Positions 57,216 to 64,000 of a DNA stretch of 64,000 nucleotides are shown piece after piece. A program made the position numbers and the translations under genes. The stretch covers positions 434,001 to 498,000 of the forward strand of contig CP145422.1 of NCBI GenBank assembly GCA_036867785.1. Reading direction: 5' to 3'. The notes beneath the pieces were generated by a model that was not told the origin of the DNA, did not search any database, and saw only the letters and a list, made by a program, of their open reading frames with translations. The DNA comes from Plasmodiophora brassicae. Lineage: Eukaryota. Position 1 is the first letter of the stretch. Each line of letters opens with the position of its first letter.

Positions 57216-58046
57216 TCAGCGGCGCAAGAGATGTCGGATGCGCTCGGGGCAGCTGGGGCACATATCAGCAGACTCGAAGAACCAGGACAGGTCGAACTCC
57301 TTGGGGCCCGCGAGCCCATACAGCTGGGGCTTGACGCAGGTGTCCTCGAACGACGACCCGACGGCGTGGATCAGCTCGGACGCCACACGCAGGACAGGCA
57401 GGAGCATCGCTGGGTCCTTGGCGAACTCTGGGACATGCTTGACGGGAACGACTGAATGCGCGCCGTTCCGGAAGTAAAACGTGCAGAGCGCGACCACCGC
57501 GTTGCAGATGGCGTTCTTGTCGTCGGCGGCCGACCGGATCACATCCGCCAGCATCGCGACGAAATCCGAGAACGGCGCGATCGCATCGCTCGTCGGGCGC
57601 GCCGGGCGATGGAACGCGATCATGTAGATGTAGTGAGCCGTCGTCCTATTGATCAGAAGCAGGTCGGGAGCGTGGACGGCCTTCAGCGCCAGCGACGCGA
57701 ACACCGTACGAAGCAGGACGCCGATGCGCTCCTTGAACATGCCGGTCTCGGCGTTGTCGCCCAGCAATCGCCCGATCGCGAACGACAGATGCCGACGCCA
57801 CATGCGCCGGTCGTGCGCCAGCGCCCTCAGCCGGCGACACGTGCACGCCAGCGCCCGAAGGTCGTCGGTCGACGCGAACCACATCACAGCGCGGATGACG
57901 TCATCCGGCAGCGGCGACGTCTGCACGCCGGTCGCGATCTGCTTGCACACTCGAAGGCCGTCCACGAACGCCGCGTCCACCCGCGACAGCGCCCGCGCCA
58001 CCGGCAGACGCGATGGCGCCACGCGCCGCCGCCCCGGCAGACACAT
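57216..58046 (-). CDS. F-box protein (ends uncertain)
   Basis: LPDDVIRAVMWFASTDDLRALACTCRRLRALAHDRRMWR fits the F-box consensus. Confidence 0.75.
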   Translation of the reverse strand: MCLPGRRRVAPSRLPVARALSRVDAAFVDGLRVCKQIATGVQTSPLPDDVIRAVMWFASTDDLRALACTCRRLRALAHDRRMWRRHLSFAIGRLLGDNAETGMFKERIGVLLRTVFASLALKAVHAPDLLLINRTTAHYIYMIAFHRPARPTSDAIAPFSDFVAMLADVIRSAADDKNAICNAVVALCTFYFRNGAHSVVPVKHVPEFAKDPAMLLPVLRVASELIHAVGSSFEDTCVKPQLYGLAGPKEFDLSWFFESADMCPSCPERIRHLLRR

Positions 58047-58366
58047 GCGAACAACGCCTCACGAGATCAGCGTCCCGTCCGACCTCGCTCACACCCAGCC
58101 GACCGTTGCCGGGCCCCTGCCGCCGCTGTTTGTGTCGTCACACACAGAGACACACACCGTGACGGGGTCGCCCACCTCGCCGCTGACAAACGAATGACGC
58201 GCCGTCCGGCCAGTCAGGATCGCATAGGCGTACCTATTCGATGCTGCGACAGCGATCGCACGAGAATCCCCTATACCTATCTGGGCGCGTGCCAGGGGGC
58301 GGGGCTGCAACGGGCACGTAATACGCGCCGCGTTCGGTTCAATACAATTGCGCTCGGGCAACGGAA

Positions 58367-61300
58367 ATGGCGGCCGTCGTCGGCGTCGAGCCTGTGAAAT
58401 CCGCCGAGGACCGGCGAGAGTATCGGATTGTGACGCTGCCGAACGACCTCAAATGCATACTGGTGTCGGATCCGGACACCGACAAGGTAAATCGTGGGCC
58501 GCGCGTCTGCCGATGTGATGATCCCGGTCGTGACCTGGGGCGGCGCCCCGCGGCACAGGAAGCAGCCGCCATGGACGTCCAAGTCGGGCATTTCTCCGAT
58601 CCTGACGATCTGCCAGGGTTGGCACACTTCTTAGGTCAGCGTGTGCCTGCTGCCTGCGTTCGTTAGTCTGGTTCACACAGGGCATCCGCAGAGCACATGC
58701 TGTTTCTGGGAACCAAGAAGTACCCTGATGAGAATTCGTTCTCCGGGTTCCTGAATCGTCATTCCGGCAGCTCGAACGCGTAGGGCGGGTGGATAGTGTG
58801 TTTGCCTGCTCCAATATTTCATCGTCGTCTGTCTGCCTCTCAAGGTACACGAGCTCCGAGAACACGAACTATCATTTCGATGTCACTCGAGGACATCTGA
58901 TGGAGGCGCTTGACCGGTGCGGGACCGTCTTTGAATCGCTGGACCATTTGCCTGATCTGCATGCGTGATCCAGGTTCGCCCAGTTCTTCGTCGCACCGTT
59001 GTTCACTGACAGTGCAACGGATCGCGAACTGAAGGCTGTCGAGAACGAGCACCAGAAGAATCTGCAGAACGACACGTGGCGCATTCATCAACTTCGCAAG
59101 TCGACCGCGAACCAGAAGATGACAGCGATTACAAAGTTCGGGACCGGCAACCTCCAGACGCTATCAACGGTTCCCGCTTCCCAAGGCATCGATACCAGGG
59201 CGGCCCTCATCAAGTTCTACGAGACGTTCTACTCGTCAAACGTGATGTGCCTCTGCATCTACGGAGCGGGTAACAATGTGGACCCTTGGTCAACGTCCCT
59301 TCTGATATGCCCCGATAGATGCGCTTGATGCGCTTCAAGCGGCTGCAATTGAGATGTTCTCTGCAGTCCCCAACCGCAACGTAACAGTGCCCCAGTTCAG
59401 CGGTCCCGCGTTTGATCACATCTCTCTGCAAGTCAGTATTGACGTTTGCGACGATGGCATATTCGATGGTGATGCGTCCTGATTTGCCTAGAAACTGTAC
59501 CGTGTCGTCCCGGTGAAGGATAAACGTGTAGCCCACATTGTATGGGATTTTCCAGCGACCGAGCCGTTTTACAGGACACAGCCGCCTGCGTTCCTAGCCC
59601 AGTACGTATCCAAATGACACGACCCGCCGAGGATTAACGCGCGTCCAGTTTGCTTGGGCATGAAGCTGAAGGATCGATTCTGTCGACGCTCAAAAAAAAC
59701 TCGTGGGCAACAGGGCTATCGGCAGGTTATATGTGCCGCTCCTGCTTCGTTGCTGGCAAGGTCTCATGTGTATGGCACTCACAGGCGAATCGATGTCTGC
59801 GTCCGGATTCTCGCTATTCAGCATCTCCATTGACTTGACTCCCGAAGGCTTGCACCATACGGACGAAATCTTCGCGGTAGTGTTCCAGTACATCCGCTTG
59901 CTTCAGGCAGCAGACTCGGAGACGTTGCATTGCCTGTACACGGAACGAAAGATCATCGGGGACCTGAAGTTTCGCTTCAAGGGCAAGGAACCACCTTACA
60001 GCTTGTCCACTCAGCTGTCTCGCGACCTGCAGAAAGTGGATCCAGTCGACGTTCTTTCGTGCCACTACGTTTTCCACGAATTCGACGAACCGCTGGTTAG
60101 CTTTTGAATGTTGCCACGTTCTGCCAGTGCTTCACACATTGGCCGTCAACCTAGATCAGGCGCTTTGTGAGCTACCTCGTCGTTGATCGCGCCAGATTCG
60201 AAGTTGTTTCGAAGACATTCGATTCTGTTTGCGACCAACGTGAACGATGGTATGGCACAGCGTACGCTGTCGAACCTATGGGTTCCGAAACGCTCGCTCG
60301 TTGCGCATCAGGTATGCCTCTACTCAGCATCCTTTCAGTCAAACTGATCACGGGCATGCAGGCTCCACACATTCACTGCATTTGCCGAATCCCAACAAAT
60401 TCCTCGCTACCAACTTCGAGCTTGTTAATGCTGTTGACCCGAACCCTGTGTTTGATTCGGTCGTACTCGGGTTTCGTCTCATTACGTCGCCGGACTGATT
60501 CCCGGTACCAGGCACCGACTCTCGTCCTGGATATACCCAACATCAAGCTGTGGTATAAACCCGATGCCGTGTTCGGGAAGCCAAAGATCAATGTCATGGC
60601 CCAGTTCTCGACGCGTTCCGCCTACCTGACACCGCGCTCAGCAGTACGTCCTCGTTCGTGGTTCGATGATTGCAATTAATGAGGCACCCGATTGCCAGGT
60701 TGAATGCCAGCTGTTCACGAAGCTCCTGACAGAAAGTCTGAATGAGATCGCCTATGATGCAGAGCTGGCCGGTTTGTCGTACTCGCTCGATGCGGTCCGA
60801 TGTGGGCTCGAGCTCCGCGTTCGCGGTTACAGTGAGAAGTTGCACGTCCTGCTCGACATGGTCGTCGACCGCATGGCAGCGCTCGAAATCGACGAGCAGC
60901 GCTTCGCAATGATCCACGAGACAACGAAACGTGCACTGCTGAACTTCGCGCTGGAGCAACCCTACCAGCACTCGCTGTATCAGCAAGCGATGGCCACCGA
61001 ATGCCCGCGATGGGGAACCGACCTTCGTCTTGCGGTCATTGACGATATTACGGCTCGCGACATCGATGTGTTCAGAAAGGACCTTCTCGGCCATGGGCGC
61101 TGGGAGGTTTTCGTTCATGGCAACACTGTCTCCGGGCGCGCTATCGAATTTGGCAAACAGATCATCATGCACATTCCGAAAGGCGCTGCCTTGCCTGCCG
61201 ATTTGTGGCCAGAGCAACGCGTCGTTGAATTGCCTGCGAAATCCGAAGTCCTTCACGCCATGCAGGCCGCCAATCCAAACGAGCGGAACTCGTCGGCTCT

Positions 61301-62072
61301 CGTCTACTTCCAGATCGGCCGGGATGAGGTCGCCCTGCGCGCCCGCCTTCGACTGCTAGCACATCTGGGCACGGAGCCATGCTTCAATCGGCTGCGAACC
61401 ATCGAGACCCTAGGGTACCTCGTCTTCTCTGGGTACGAACAGTCATGCGCGTTTGCCTTCTCGTTGAATAACGGCCCGGATAGAATGCAGGAACAGTTTG
61501 GCGTCCTCGGCTATCGATTCATCGTGCAATCGTCTGAGTATTCGCCGCTGCATCTTCGTTCGCGGATACTGGCGTTCGTGAACGAATTACGGGTAGGCCC
61601 GGTGATTGCTCTGTAGACCTTGATATGCTGTTTACTGATCCGTTAACAGGGCATTATTGCCACCGGCCTCTCCGACTCGGAATTCGATGCCAACAGGGAT
61701 GCTGTTGTCGCACGACGCCTGGAGAAAGACAAGACGTTATCCGACGAGACCAAGCGAATATGGGTAACACGTTCACGAATGTGGCCCGGCTTCTTCTGAT
61801 TCGGCTCTCAGTCACAAATTCATCGTCATCGTTACGAGTTCTCGGCGCGCTCATTGGAAGCGGACGAAATCTCGAAGCTGTCCCGCGCCGACATCCTGTC
61901 GTTCTTCGACGAGTACATCGCCGAATCGGCAGTGTCGAAGCGTATGTACACGTCCCTTGTGTTTGGAACGGAGCATCCCTTCAGCGACGACGATTTACCG
62001 GGCGACGTACACGTCATCAAGGACGTCTCACTGTTCAAGCGGTCGTGCTCAGTGTTCCCTGCTTTCGAATGA
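58367..62072 (+). CDS. IDE: Insulysin / M16A zinc metallopeptidase (multi-exon)
   Basis: [34 protein letters not shown] (HxxEH), [24 protein letters not shown] and LRTIETLGY. Confidence 0.93.
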
Positions 62073-62573
62073 GCGGCTTGGCTCTATGCTCAGATCTCAT
62101 AAATGATCCAGGTTGCAATAGCACCCTGTTCAAAGTGTGTGGCACTGTCAGCGCTATTTGTACACATGTACCAGTGGCGTTACACGCTGCGTGATGTCGT
62201 ATGTACGAACGCCGGAAAGTTCATGTCAACGTCTTTTATCAGTGCATTCGACAAATTCGGGCAGCAACAATGTCCCGTACGGATTGGGCATTCGCTGTCG
62301 AGCGCCGCGTTTGTACCAATCCGGGTTGTCTGGCGGTACTGCAAACATGTGCATGATTAGCGGTATCTTGTCCGATGTGGAATTAAGTCGCGCTCCTTGT
62401 CAGATGACACGCCTATCGTCGTCCTCATGCAGGCTGTCAATCCAAACGAACAGCTACATCATATGGGAACCTCGAATGAACAGCGGCACATTCAGGAGGT
62501 GCTCATGTCGTGAGACCCCGTCGTCATTGTTTTATCCTTCATAGGTCGTACATAACTGGTAAGGCGTCGGTCA

Positions 62574-62645
62574 GGCCGCTTAGTTTAGTGGCATAATTCT
62601 CGGTTTGGGTCCGAGAGGTCCCGCGTTCGATTCGCGGAGCGGCCC
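62574..62645 (+). tRNA. tRNA-Pro (TGG)
   Basis: Acceptor stem GGCCGCT/AGCGGCC, anticodon loop TTTGGGT, T-loop TTCGATT, and a T-run terminator. Confidence 0.95.
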
Positions 62646-63048
62646 TCTTTTTATTAATTCCCACCAAGACTACCGTATTGTAGGTACTTAAAGGAGGAAC
62701 ATCGTGCCTTGTTACAGCTTGCTTTCCACTGCATCGTGATCCTCGTTGCAGGGTTCGCGGACGCCGCACCGATTTCGTGGGAAGACGTTTCAATCCGCGC
62801 ACCGACAGTTCCGTGCTGACGTTCCCGCATACGCGATGCATGCCTGCATGGATTGGCCAGCGCGAATCGAAGCGTCGCCGTCTTTGGATTCGGTTCGGCA
62901 CTAAAATAAGGATGCGAAGGGGCTACGCGTCCCAGGGGCGGCGGCGACGTGTACCAGTTACGTGGCGCGGAGCTTCAGCGCGGGCCCGAGGCCTCGCGGA
63001 CAGTGTCAAGTCGTCGCCGCGAACCGTTTCGTCATCGATTGTCGCGCG

Positions 63049-64000
63049 ATGCCGGCCACGCTGACTGACGCCGACGTCCACGAGCTGTCCCGCGTCATCA
63101 ACCATGACAATTTCGAGCTGCGGGTGGGGCGCGCGTCCCGATGCAGGCCGGCCGCCGTGGGAGCCACTGACGCCCTGTTCAGGCCAAGATGCTCGACCTG
63201 TTCCGCGACCCGTTGTACACGCGCGACTACTACGCCAACGTCCAGGACCATCGCAAACGCGTCAATCAGCAGCTGTTTGGCGTCCTGAAGCAGAAACTGG
63301 CTCGCGTCCAGGATTACAAGGACGATCCTCTGCGGTACATCCGTGTCGTCGGTTCAGTCAACGTTCGTGTTCATTCTGCTGGTCTCAGGTTCTTCACCTA
63401 CCTGGAATCCCTCATGTACGTCGACTACTCGTTATCGATTAAGCACGGCGTGCACTGGACGCTGTGTGGCGGCACCATCCAAACGCTTGGCACCAAGAAG
63501 CATGAAGTGTACCTGGATCGCATGAACACCGGCCAGCTTATCGGATGCTTCGCAATGACTGGTGACGTTTCTGCTGGTGCAACATAGCAACCGCTGGATG
63601 ATTGATTGTGTCTGCAGAGTTGGGCCATGGGTCAAACGTTGCGGGTATCGAGACGACGGCTGTGTATGATCCGGCAACGCAGGAGTTCGTCATCAACACA
63701 CCGTCTGAGAGCGCGCAGAAGTGCTGGATTGGCGGTCTCGCCCAGACCTCGCATATCTCTGTCGTGTTCTGCCAGCTGACAGTTGGGGGAGTCGCTCGTG
63801 GTGTCCACGTCCTGCTGGTTCGTATCCGCAACGACGACGGTTCCATCTGCAAAGGCGTTCGTGTCAAGGATAACGGACCAAAGGTGTATTGGGGGATGCG
63901 ATCTTTCGTTCAAAGGCAGCAGCAGCTGCTTACCATTTGCAGATGGGGTTGAACGGTGTTGACAACGGCCGATGCTGGTTCGACAACTACCGCGTCCCGC
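63049..64000 (+). CDS. Acyl-CoA oxidase, 5' part (runs off the window)
   Basis: GCFAMTE-LGHGSNV.GIETTAVYD, EFVINTP..SAQKCWIG, and K-MGLNGVDNG. Confidence 0.92.

Noticed and set aside
62100-63040. ORFs and possible ncRNA around the second tRNA-Pro
   Set aside because: Nothing beyond the tRNA could be recognised.

Overview
Compact, GC-rich eukaryotic nuclear DNA with many short GT-AG introns and very short intergenic gaps. The style and gene content suggest a phytomyxid/rhizarian protist such as Plasmodiophora; this is inference, not a database match. The window holds about 25 protein-coding genes, including INO80, HEATR3-like, WDR55, BMT5-like, PLAA/DOA1, SPT5, RCHY1, an RJL GTPase, insulysin and an acyl-CoA oxidase, plus 3 tRNAs and two DNA-transposon remnants. 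Highlights: (1) an internally deleted hAT-type element whose middle is replaced by a perfect 94-bp inverted copy of its own 3' end, a Mu-killer-like hairpin locus; (2) a plant-type PLS-E1-E2-DYW PPR protein with intact deaminase motifs; (3) a class C GPCR whose ectodomain is a bacterial sugar-binding protein, directly upstream of a soluble adenylate cyclase that carries an RGS domain and FYVE-like finger inside a split PH domain; (4) two secreted paralogues, one His/Met/Asp-rich, sharing a C-terminal motif and an upstream 12-mer; (5) a signal-peptide U-box protein and a membrane-anchored coiled-coil pseudokinase. Coordinates of intron-containing genes are hand-inferred spans and exon boundaries are approximate.
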